Assembly (NCBI GenBank): GCA_050575255.1
Contig: JBNZDD010013607.1
Location: 2,077,571 to 2,141,570 of the forward strand
Origin: Harriotta raleighana
Taxonomy: Eukaryota
Direction: 5' to 3'
DNA length: 64,000 bases
Of the stretch, positions 41,801 through 53,800 are shown in pieces. The notes below the pieces were generated by a model. The model was not told where the DNA came from. It did no database searches and was given only the letters and a program-made list of their open reading frames with translations. The position numbers and the translations under genes are program-made. How positions within the stretch are numbered: the first letter of the stretch is position 1; each line of letters starts with the position of its first letter.

Positions 41801-44800
41801 GAAATGATTCAATGATACCTATTCTACTTTTAATTAATGTTTAGTATATCCATGTGATCTTTCCTGTGTTGTTGTAAGAATTACTTGGGGCTTCTGAGCC
41901 ATCTTGGTTCAAATGCCTAAGGAGTTTATACACATTATTTGTCTGTAATAATGCAGCTCGCTGGACTCCCAAGATCCTCTCTACAGAAGTAACAAACCTG
42001 CCACAAGTCTCCAACTCACATGCTCTCCCACACCAGCCTCCACAAACCCCCTTCCCCAGTCAATCAGTTCCCTTTCACTTGTGTGAAGCACTTTGAGATG
42101 TCCTCCCAAAAGAAATGAAAGCCATAATATTGTATAAATGTAAATTGTTCTTGTTGTAATAATAAGTGAATTATTTAGTTCCAAAAATGATCTGACGTTC
42201 CATGCAACATAAACAATTTCTACTTCACAGAGCACTCTCTCGCTGGCTTAACATAAGGATTTATTGGATCTTAAATGTCTAACTCGATCACTGAGGCTGG
42301 ATTTATGATTAGTTACAAATTTAACTTGCTGCAATAAGCAGGTTAGGTTAACGTTAGATTAGTGATGTTAACTTTGGTAAGTGACTACTGGAGCATGAAA
42401 TGACATTGCATGAAATGACAACCCATGGAGCTCCTTTCACTAGATGTACTTTACACACAATCTGCTGTTTCCATAGCTCACAGGTTTCCCCATTGAGTAT
42501 TTTGTCAACCTCAACTGTAGTCACACAAACACCTACATGGAATAAATGCAGTGTAAAACGTAATATAGATGCGGCAAGAGATGCAGTATAAATGAGATGC
42601 AATATTACTGCAATATGAGACTCTATACAAACGCAGTATGAGATGCAATATAATAGCAGAGTGAATTGCATTAGAACATGAAAGTTATTTTAGCTGTCTG
42701 AGGAGTTAGTACGGAACAGATTGAAGCAAACGTCTACCGCAGTTTTATTTCTCTTAGCAATCTGCACATTTATCATCTTGCGATGTCCAATTATCAGAAA
42801 AGGCTGTTCTTTCACATTTGGCAGCAAAAACTGAAAGTGAATGTTTCAGGAAATGCAAGTGGAAGGTTGGCAAACCACAGTCTCCTTCCAGCTGCAATAA
42901 AAGTAAAAGCCAAAACCAACATTTATTTCTTCTCTGGCCCACCTACGAGACGCATGAATAAGATTAAACAAGATAATCACCCTTTATGACAACTTTTTTT
43001 TTTCATTCTTGGTGGTAGTTCGGTGGAATAAAAAAAACACTGAACACGGTTTGAAAGTTCAACAAAAGATATGTGAGTGGTATAAGAAAACATGGAATGA
43101 CAAAAGGTCATTTGGCCCCTCAAACTTGCTCATTCTGCAAGACCACACAAAGGCTACTCAATCTTCAACGTCCTTCAGATGAGGTCCCATTTGTTTGTTT
43201 AGTTGGAAGTAAGATTCCATAATAATAAGAATTGTTACATTTGGTACAGCACCTTTTATGTCACGAGGGACGTCTCAAAGTATTTCGCAGGATGTACAGC
43301 AAAGTGGAGTGACTGTGTATATCGTGGACAAATGCTGCAGCAATGCCTATCANCAGATGAGGTCCCATTTGTTTGTTTAGTTGGAAGTAAGATTCCATAA
43401 TAATAAGAATTGTTACATTTGGTACAGCACCTTTTATGTCACGAGGGACGTCTCAAAGTATTTCGCAGGATGTACAGCAAAGTGGAGTGACTGTGTATAT
43501 CGTGGGCAAATGCTGCAGCAATGCCAAACCCAAATCCTATCAACATATAGTACATTGATTCGGGAGCTGTCACTGTGACATTTTGCAAAAAAGGAAGGAG
43601 ATTTCCTGNGCTGCAGCAATGCCAAACCCAAATCCTATCAACATATAGTACATTGATTCGGGAGCTGTCACTGTGACATTTTGCAAAAAAGGAGATTTCC
43701 TACAATCCCCAAATTAAATTGATCATTTGTTTCATGGCTATTGTGGGACACTGCCCTAAACACCGCTGTAATACTTGCCTACAAATACACAGTCACTTCA
43801 CTTAACAGTAAATTATGCGAAGCTCTTTTAGATGTCCTCCCAAAGTCAAAGGTGTGATGCTAAATGCGAGGATTATTATTACTACTCTCTCCCTGTATTC
43901 AGAAATCTCCTAAAGACAAATTTCAGGGTCTGTCCCTTTGGATAATATCTTTGAATTTCTTATTTCACTTCTCAGTGTTCGCACCATATTTATCAAACAC
44001 TTTGAGACATTCTTTAAAGCAAAAGCAGCTATATAAATATTTTTTTAATTGTAGTGGCAGAAATCAATGGATTTCTGAACCAACAGTTAAAATACTTCCA
44101 AACTTATTCAGCCTCATGAACATATGTTATTTTCCGATAAACTGCCAATATGTACTTGGTTTTACAAAGTGCTTAAAAGTTAACTGGCATGTATGATTTG
44201 CTGATTATGTCAATTTAAAAAAAAATGTTTTATTTAAATTTAATGTTAAAATGATCATTGCAGCTTTGGATACAATTAATAATAATAATCCTTGCATTTA
44301 ATATGGCGCTTTTCACATCTTATTGACGTCTCAAAGTGCTTCACAGAATATACTGTAAAGTGATTTGACTGTAAATTTGTGAGTGAAACGCAGCAGCCAA
44401 TTGCACACAGCAAGTGTCCCACAAACAGTCGTGGATTGAAATGACAAATTTTTATTATTGCAGGTTTTTTTGGGAACGGATTATTGTTAGGCGTGTGGAG
44501 GAAGGAAACTTGCCCAAGGTATCCCCCTGGATCTGCCTGGATTCGAACACAGGCCACACACTTGTAAGTCTAGTGCTCTAACCACTAAGCTACAGGAGCT
44601 CCAACCCTCTTTCAGCCATGGAGATTAAACCATAAAGGGTGGATGAAAATAAAGCCATTAGGTCCATGAAAGCAATCGTCTCCATAGACACAAAATCTGT
44701 TCTGTTGATGAACTTCACCCCAGCCAGGAATGGAAGGGATTCTCCCTGGATAGCAAACACAATCAAGGGAAAACTACAGAAAATTCTTCCATATGTTTCG

Positions 44801-47800
44801 GCATAAACAGCAGATCCACATTAAATGACTACATCATTACCTCAACGCTCATGGAAACGCAGTGTGTGGTCATAGACCAGGGACCAGTGGATTGAAAATG
44901 CACTCAGTTCTAACCTGAAGGTTATTTGTCTAAAATTTCAGATTGTGTCCAATTTTTACAAATTCTTAAATTCAGTCTGTATTTGGTGCCATTTTTCTAA
45001 TTATTATTATAAAGCTGAAAGTTATCATAAGACCAATTGTTAGATCCCTCTACCTTCAAAAAATCCAGCACTGACTAGGTATGATCATTCACTACTTGGT
45101 ATACATTGCAGAGTATACATAAAGTCAGCTCCTGGATCAATGTATATTGATATGATTTTGGTTTATGATGGGCATTGCCCTCAGCTACAGTATTACTCAC
45201 TCTGTGCATCTTGTGGTAACCTAAGGTCTATTTAACAAGAAATTAGGGGATTCCTTACACATGACCTTTGCTTCCTAGTCGGAATCACAAAGATTTTAGT
45301 CAGTCATTTTTGCAGGTTCAGCTGTCCCAAAACCCACTGAATGTTTATTCAGTTATTTCCAATCACCTGCGATTCACACCAATAAGAGTTCAAATCCTAA
45401 CCTCTCATTCATGCCTTCATCACATCCAGGCTCGATTACGCTAACGCCCTGCTTGTCGGTCTTCCCAAATCCACCCTCTATAGGCTGTAGATCGTCTAGA
45501 ACTCTGCAGTTTATGTCCACTCCCACACCAAGCTCTGTCATCCCATCTCCCCCATTCTTGCCTGACTCAACTGGCTCCCTATCATCCAGAGGATTCAATT
45601 CAAGATCCTGGTCCTCACCTTTAAAGCCCTCCATGGCCTTACCTCACCCTACCTCTGCAACCTCCTAAATTCCTACCAACCTCCCCACTCGCTCTGCTCA
45701 GTGGGCTCTGTCCTGCTCCATGTTCACCCAACCCACCTGCTCCACCATCGACAGGCAAGCCTTCAGCCACTCTCCCCCCAACTGCTGGAATTACATCCCG
45801 CATTCTCTCCACCTTATGCCCCCCCAGCTTCCTTCAAGTCCCGTCTCAAGACCCTCCTCTTCGGCAGTCCCATTAGTCATCTTCACTCCCCTTCTATCCG
45901 CCCAGCCTCGCCGAACCACACCCTCAGCTCGGGTCTGAAACACTGACTGTCCAGCTTCTTGAGACATCCTCCCCATGTGAAAGACATTTTGTGGTTGTTG
46001 TTGATGTGTAATGGTACAGCAGCCCAACTACATATATACTAGTCTGCCTATAAGCACTATGTTAGCTTGTCACAATTTACTGCACTGAGCAACTTTGCAT
46101 AGGGTTTTAACGGAGATAATTTAAAACATAACATTTTAGCCCTAAACACACAAGAAGACATATCACTATAGGCTTCTTTCCGACAATCTACTCAACAATA
46201 ACATTCATGCTTAACTTTATAATTTGTTTAAAATAACATGTGAATTTCAGGTCAAACTTATTCAATATTCCAAAACTTTCTGAATTGTCCTTGAATAAAT
46301 AAATGATTGTCAAAATAACATAGCCCTAGCAATTCTAATATATTTCTAATGCATTGTTCGCTTATGGAATACACGCTTTACAACAAATCCTGAGAAATAC
46401 CTTATGAGATATTCTACAATGTGATAAGGTTATTATTATTACTACAATGATAACTCATTCTACAAAAGTTCATTGCAGTAAAGATAGATTGTGTAACTTT
46501 AATTCTTAGTTAAGTGAATTACAAATTGGATACTGAACGTGTCACTTGTATGAAATATTCAGTATTATTCTTTGATTTCGTTAAACATTTCATTAGTTTG
46601 TACAGTATTTCCTACTGCGAATTTCACTATTATCATTTAACAGGGAAAAGGCCAACATCTGTATTTCTCCAAACATAATGCTCAGCCTGTTGTGAATCAC
46701 TTCTGTTTGTGATTAATCTGTGTGGGGGTTATTATACTTCCTTCTTATACAACAGAACTTCACATTCCAAAGAGACGCACTTAGCTAGAAATGTAGGAGG
46801 AACTTTATAATCGAGGACTGTTTCATATCGCTGAGTAGGAAAATTCCTCTAGACTACGCTGAAAAAAACATTTGAATAGCAATGGCAACTACAAAAAGGC
46901 AAACAAAACCTGATTGATCAAACAGGTTTCTCACAGCCCACATAATAAATGTACTTACAAAACGTCCATTTCAAGAAGTACGGTTGAATGAGCATTGAAG
47001 AGAATGAGATGTTAGCTTACCTTGTCAAAGCCACAAACAGTCCCCTCAGCAGCTGGCATGAACTTTGTCTCACACCTTCTGCCAATCCGATGGCACCAAA
47101 GTGATTTACAAATGTCCTAAGACAGAAAAAAAAATTCAACAACCAAGTTTGAGAATAAATACCTTTCAAACTCAGATCTATGGTTTAGTTTATGTTGCAT
47201 GTTTCTTGTTAAGCTGCAGCTCATTATTTTAACAACACAACTAAAACCAATTTCAAGCAGGCATTTGTGCCATGATAGAAATATCTTCATATAGAAAAAA
47301 AATTGGTCCCTTCAATCCACAACTGTTTATGGGTCACTGCTTTACGAAATTAGATGCCGCATTTCGTCCACAAATATACAGTAAATTCACTTTACAGTAT
47401 ATTCTGTAAAGCTCTTTGAGATAATAATAACAATAATCCTTGCATTATTTTAGCGCTTTTCACGTCTTCTAGACGTCCCAAAGCGCTTCACTGAATATAC
47501 TGTAAAGTGAATTGACTGTAATTATGTGGGAAAAATGTGGCAGGCAATTGCGCACAGCAATGTCCCACAAACAGGCATGAATTGAAATCAACAATTTAGT
47601 ATTGTTTTTATTGTGAGGGATTATTATCAAACAAGTGGAGTAAGAAAACTTTGCCCAAGGATTTCCCCTCTTGGAAATTAACCCAGGTCTTTCACTTGTA
47701 AGACGAGTGCTCTAATCACTGAGCTATAGGACTCCACGACGTCTAGAAAATGTGAAAAACACTATATCAAATGTAAGGTTTATTATTATTATAATACGTA

Positions 47801-50800
47801 ATTTTGGAGTCCTGTAGCTCAGAGGTTAGAGTACTCGCCTTACAAGTGTGAGACCTGTGTTTTGAATCCAGGCAGGTCAGGTGAAATCTTGAGCAAGTTT
47901 CCTTACTCCACATACCTAATAATAATAAACCCTCAAAAAAAAAAAAGTGTCATTTCAATCCACAGCTGTTTGTAGGACACTGCTATGTGCAATTGGCTGC
48001 CGCATTTCGCCCACAAATATACAGTCAATTCACTTTACAGTATATTCTGTGAAGTGCTTTGAGACGTCTAGAAGATGTGAGCAGCACTATTTCAAATGCA
48101 AGGATTATTATTATTATTACTTGCCAACCTGTATCTAATACTCTTTGGAATTAGGTAAGCAAGGTAAGTGCCTCCATGGAGAGAGTATGCATTCCCTGCT
48201 CCACCTTACTCCTCGCTTGGTTTCCAAGTCTGCCACTGTGAAGCACTCAGATTTATTAACCTACATGAAGGGCTCTATACAAACACAAGTTGTTATTGTA
48301 GATCATTTTACTTGAGATGATAGGGAGAACCACAAGTTTGCCCAATAGCAGCAACAGTGAAATTGCATCTGGGTCTAGATTCACACTGTAAACACAGTAT
48401 TTCAGAGTTGCAGTATTTGGCATTTGTTGAATCCAGTTATTATTTCAAATTGTGTTTTCTGTAGTTTTTAATAGATGCTTGCAAAAAGAAAGCTTCAAAT
48501 TGAAAGATCAATTAAGAATTTTATGAATTCTGGATACTCTGAAATACTACATTAGTAGAGTAATTTTAAATCCAGATAGATTTTGTCCCAAGGGTGTATA
48601 AATTTCTAAATTCTCTTCAATAATTCTTGCTGGAAAAAATGGGTCTTTGTAACAATTAAATCAGGATTACATACTTAATCCTTCACACTCCCAAAGGCAA
48701 TTAAGATAAGAACAAAGCCTCGAGAAAATGCAATTTGGTATAAAGTGGTATCCTGTAGCATAGTTGTTGCAGCACTCGCCTCACAAGCAAGAGGACCTGG
48801 ATTCAATTCTGGGCCAGAATAAAACCTTGGTAAATTTCCCTACTCCACACGCTTCTGTTTACCTAACAGTAAATAGGAATCCCTTTTTGGGGGTAATCAT
48901 TTCTTACTTACTCTCACCACAATATAAAAAATAGTAACCTGATCACTCAATCACGACTGTTTGTGGGACAATGGCTGCCACATTCACCCGAAAAATGTAC
49001 AGATAATTCACTTTATAATAAATTGCGTATAATAGATTCCGAAAGTTCAGTAGCATTCCTCTTGCCTTTTTAAAATCCAGCCGACAAAGTTTGGCCTTTT
49101 CCCCAAACTGCCACTTGCACTGACTGTCAGCATCATAAAGCTCTCCTGGCAGCTTGTCTGGGTATTTGTATTCCTTCACAGGTTTTGGTTCATCCGCAAG
49201 ACAAGTTGCTTGTGAAGTGCTGTGGAGCAAAGTGGTTTCGAGGGACTGAGTGCAGCAATAACTGATATTTACACAGCAAAATTCCTTCCATTGATGTGTG
49301 TACATATTAAAAAAGCACAATTTAGTTTCAGATGCCTAAAGCCACAAGTAGCAGTGTTTTTCAAACAGATGTAAAATGTGCTGTACGTACTTTGGAAAAG
49401 CATGACATTTGCACAGCTCTCCTTCAACATTTTCAAACTAGCAGAAATGTTACTGATTCAATTCATACTTCCTCCAAATCTTCATTCATCCAGGTGCACT
49501 GTATTCAGCAATCATACTGTATAATCATTCTCTATACAAGTATACTGTACTAACTAAATAAACGAAATAAAATAATATTAATTTGAGCACTTAATCCAAG
49601 ACTGTTGGTGGGACACTGCTGTGTGAAATTGGTTGCTGCATTTCACCCACACAATACAGTTTATAGTTCAATCCACTTTACAGTATATTCCGTGAAACAA
49701 TTTGAGACATTTCAACAGCATAATAAGGCTGTATATCAAAGGCAAGAATTATTATTATCATCATAAAATTCATATAGATAAAATTGTTGGTGCAATAATT
49801 AGTTTTCAATGTGCTTGGCTTTACAGTATTTTTATCCTTGCTTCTAAGCTTTTTTGTTGCGTATAATAGATCACATAGCACATCGAAGCCCATCAATGGT
49901 AACGATGAATATTTTATAAGACTGACTGACTCTCGTAGTTACCCAGGTCATAGAAAGACTTAAAACTAGCTGTATCAAAGGATTTGGTTCGCAAAGCATA
50001 CCACATGTTACAGCAAAGTGAAAGTCTCTACAATGATCCTGCCAAAGAGAATTCCACACTGTATCAAAAAAGGATAACCCAAATATTATTGATTCTCTAA
50101 AACTATGAGTGTGGCGCACTTCATATGTATATAAACCTGCTGAATCATTCACTCAATAATGTACTCGCTATTGTGATTGCAAATTGATGGATGAAGAGCG
50201 AAAGCCATTCACACAGTGCTGCCAATCTGCGAAGAGCAACATCTCTCACAGAGACAATCCATCTGGCAAATGTAGCAGCGGTGAAACAGATGGAGGCAAT
50301 CAGAGCCTGCTCTACCATGTCCTAAACAGACTATTGAATTGTGCCACATGGGCTACTGAATTGGACAAGATAATGCTTTAGTCTTGACCCAAATTTCTTA
50401 GCATTCAGTTTGCCTTCAATTCAGTAACTGTGTGGCAATTACATAATAATAATCCTAACATTTGATACAGCGCCTTATCGTGTCTTTGAGACGTCTCAAA
50501 GCATTCACAGAATATATTGTAAAGTTAATTGAGTTGACATATCTATATGCAGAGCATTAAAATATGGGGGTGGGGGGGGAGGTGCTTTCTTGGCATTAGC
50601 TTGACCGTTATCTCATCTTTTAAGGGACTGATTCCTCCATTTTATTACATGTTGCTGAACATTTATCATCTTAATTGTTGCAACACAAGTTATTTTGTAA
50701 TTCAGATTTGTATTGAATAATGCATTATTTATTTGTACATAGTGCCTGGAGAATAGTTATTGCATGTGACATAACTAGGGTTGCTGGTCATCAGTCTTTA

Positions 50801-53800
50801 CTTGTTTTGATTTTAATCAGATAATATATACAATATTTACTTTTAATGAAATGTTTTTGTTTATTGATTTACAGACGATGATAATTTTTGCACTTTGAAG
50901 ACACACAACAGAGAAAAATTTGGCATTCCTGACCTCCCATGATTTCTAAGTAAGATTTAGGACATCCTTTGGAGAATCACTCTCACTGACAGTTCTGGGC
51001 TCAATGTCACATTCATACCAAAGAGGGAATCAAAGCACCTTTTAGGCTCCCTGTCCTGCTAACTCACCACACTATATGCTGCAACCACATTGAAAACAAA
51101 ATTTCAATTCTTTATTTGTTACGCATCATATAATTTAAATTGATTCTGAAATTCACAAACATTTAATATGCAACGATGGTGGAACATTGCAAAAATCGAT
51201 GATTATCAATGTTTACCCACATTTATCTAACCAAGACAAGCCAGGACGCAACACATCTGTTATGTCAAATGTCAGATTCAGAAAGGCTGGTTTTCTAACC
51301 CTCTATGCTATGAATATGACACAGAGCTCAAGACTGATCAAAATTTGTTAGTGTGAAGTGAGTTCTGAAAGGAAATTACTACTACTACTAGAAAACCAAT
51401 AATGTTTCAAATCTAAACAAATCAAGACTCCTACAAGAGTTCAGTTTATTACTGCTGGAAATATGTTGTTCAGCTGAATCAATGCTTTCTGTTCAATGAT
51501 TAATCTTGTACAACTGCTTTCTGTGCAGCCACAACTCTAAGTAATGAGGGTGTTCTAAGACTATACATTTGACTTAACTCGCATAGTTACCATGATTATG
51601 GTCAATTGATTCTTTTAATAAAAAATGGATAATGAAATTGATCTGCTGGAAGCCTTGTTAGATTGTCAAAGCATGCGGTGAATTGAGTGTGTACCTCAGA
51701 AACCGATGTAGATATTGCCGACTGCAGGCTGACCATGAGAACACCCCGTTGTGGCCTGCTAACGTTGGAGACATGATGTTGCCCTCTGACTTCTTGCATA
51801 CATTCCCTTCTCCGTCATGAATCATACCAAAACTGCAGAGAGAAGTAGCAAAGAGAGAGTTCAAAAATACTGTACTACATTTTTAACATCTACTTTATTT
51901 AACATAATAAATCACAAGTAACATTTCTGCACCAAAAATCAAATATTTTTTTTTATTCAATGAGTTCCAAGAAATTTGGATGGGTTTTCTATCACCCTTA
52001 CCTAACAGTGCATTTCCTAAGTAAGATTTCTAAGTACATTTTCTAAAGAACATACAAGAAATGACATGGTTATTTAAGAGCAAAGATTATGGAAAGTGAG
52101 GAGAAGGGAATTGAAAGGGATAGGTGAAGGGAATAAGAGGAGTGGGGCTTTGTCTAGAGTATGAACACACCATAGACTAGTTGGGCTGACTGGCTTGTTT
52201 ATGTGCTATGTTACATTATATACCTAAATCAGAACATTTACAAAAATACTTATTTGGTATCTGAAGACCAAAGGATGTGTATATAATAATAATCCTTGCA
52301 TTTGATATAGAGCTTTATCATGTCTTCTGGACGTCTCAAAGTGTTTCACAGAATATACTGTAAAGTAAATTGACTGTATGCATGTGGGTGCAATGCAGCA
52401 GCCAATTGCTCCCAACAGAGTCCCATAAACTGTCATCGATTGAAGTGATCAAATTATTCTTGTTTTTTTCTTGAGGGATTATTATCAGGCATGTAGAGTA
52501 AGAAAACTTACCCAATGTTTCGCCCTCACTTGTCTGGAATCGATCCCAGGTCTTTTGTTTGTGAGGCGAGCTCTCTAACCACTGAACTACCAGACTCCAC
52601 TCGATATATCTATATTTATTATCACTCCAACACACTTTGTCCTTTACCAAAACAGCAACTATTTTATATACACAAATATGCCACATAATCAACAAGAACT
52701 GCATTTATATAGAGCCTTCCACGCAGGATAGTGTCTTATAGCATTGTACAGAAACAGGGATTGAACACTGAGTAAGGGAGAAGGGGAAGATAGCCAGAGC
52801 GAAAAGGTAGGTTTTCAATGATCTTAGAAAAACACATTTAGGCTAGAATTAGAGTAATTCTGCAAATTGGATCTGCAAATCTTTATTTTTAAACAAGAGA
52901 ATACATAGACAAAAAATGACGAGAATGCTTGCTCAGATGTTTGCATTTATTAACTTCAGACACAAGGTACACCAGTTGAGTCCAGTTTATTTATTGTATT
53001 GTAAAAGAAAAAAAGTCAGGGTCGGGGAGGGGTGTAAGGATCTCATTCTTTACTACTTGGTGAATGGATGCTTCGAATTCGTTGCGTTATAAATTAACCA
53101 CTTGGACAATTGGAATGTCATTTCTTTTCATTACTAATGTGTCTGCATGCCTCTGTAAGTGCTGAAAATGAGATGAGGTGCAGAAATTTTCAATTACTTT
53201 TATGACAGGCACACTGCGAGGCTCCCCCAATGGGGAGTTCTACCATTACTTTAATTGGATTCTTCATTTAACAACCTGAATTTCACTGCCACATCATGCC
53301 GGGGTGTATACACTTTAGATAATTAAAAAGCAGTTATGGCAAGTTTCCCAGAGAAATGCGAAACAGTAAATATTCCCACCACAATATTATAAAGCTTGTA
53401 AAACTGTGAATGGAGAACGGTTTGACAGAAAAATGCCTGAAATTATTATATTTCTGCATAAATAATTCAAATTCCACAACCGTCATAGTGTCAATTAATA
53501 GTTGGAAAGAAAGTGAAGCAAGCATTGTCTCTCCAAAATGTTTTACTTGTCGAAAATCTTGTGCAACGTGTTTCTATTTAACTTATTACTATGGCATGAT
53601 TTATAGTTCAATAATGCACAATTGTCAGGCATTTTTATTAACAACAAGTGTCTGCAGCAAGGAACCTGTTGGTAAGTGTTGACATGCGGATTAGCACTCC
53701 ACATGCATGTAGCTCAGACNCATGATTTATAGTTCAATAATGCACAATTGTCAGGCATTTTTATTAACAAGTGTCTGCAGCAAGGAACCTGTTGGTAAGT

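Noticed and set aside
42540-42670. Loosely periodic atgagatgca(g/a)tat sequence
   Set aside because: Degenerate low-complexity repeat with no regular repeat-spacer structure.
43176-43701. Apparent tandem array and duplicated 65-aa ORFs
   Set aside because: Duplications centred on single Ns, so probably assembly overlap; not a CRISPR-like or coding repeat.
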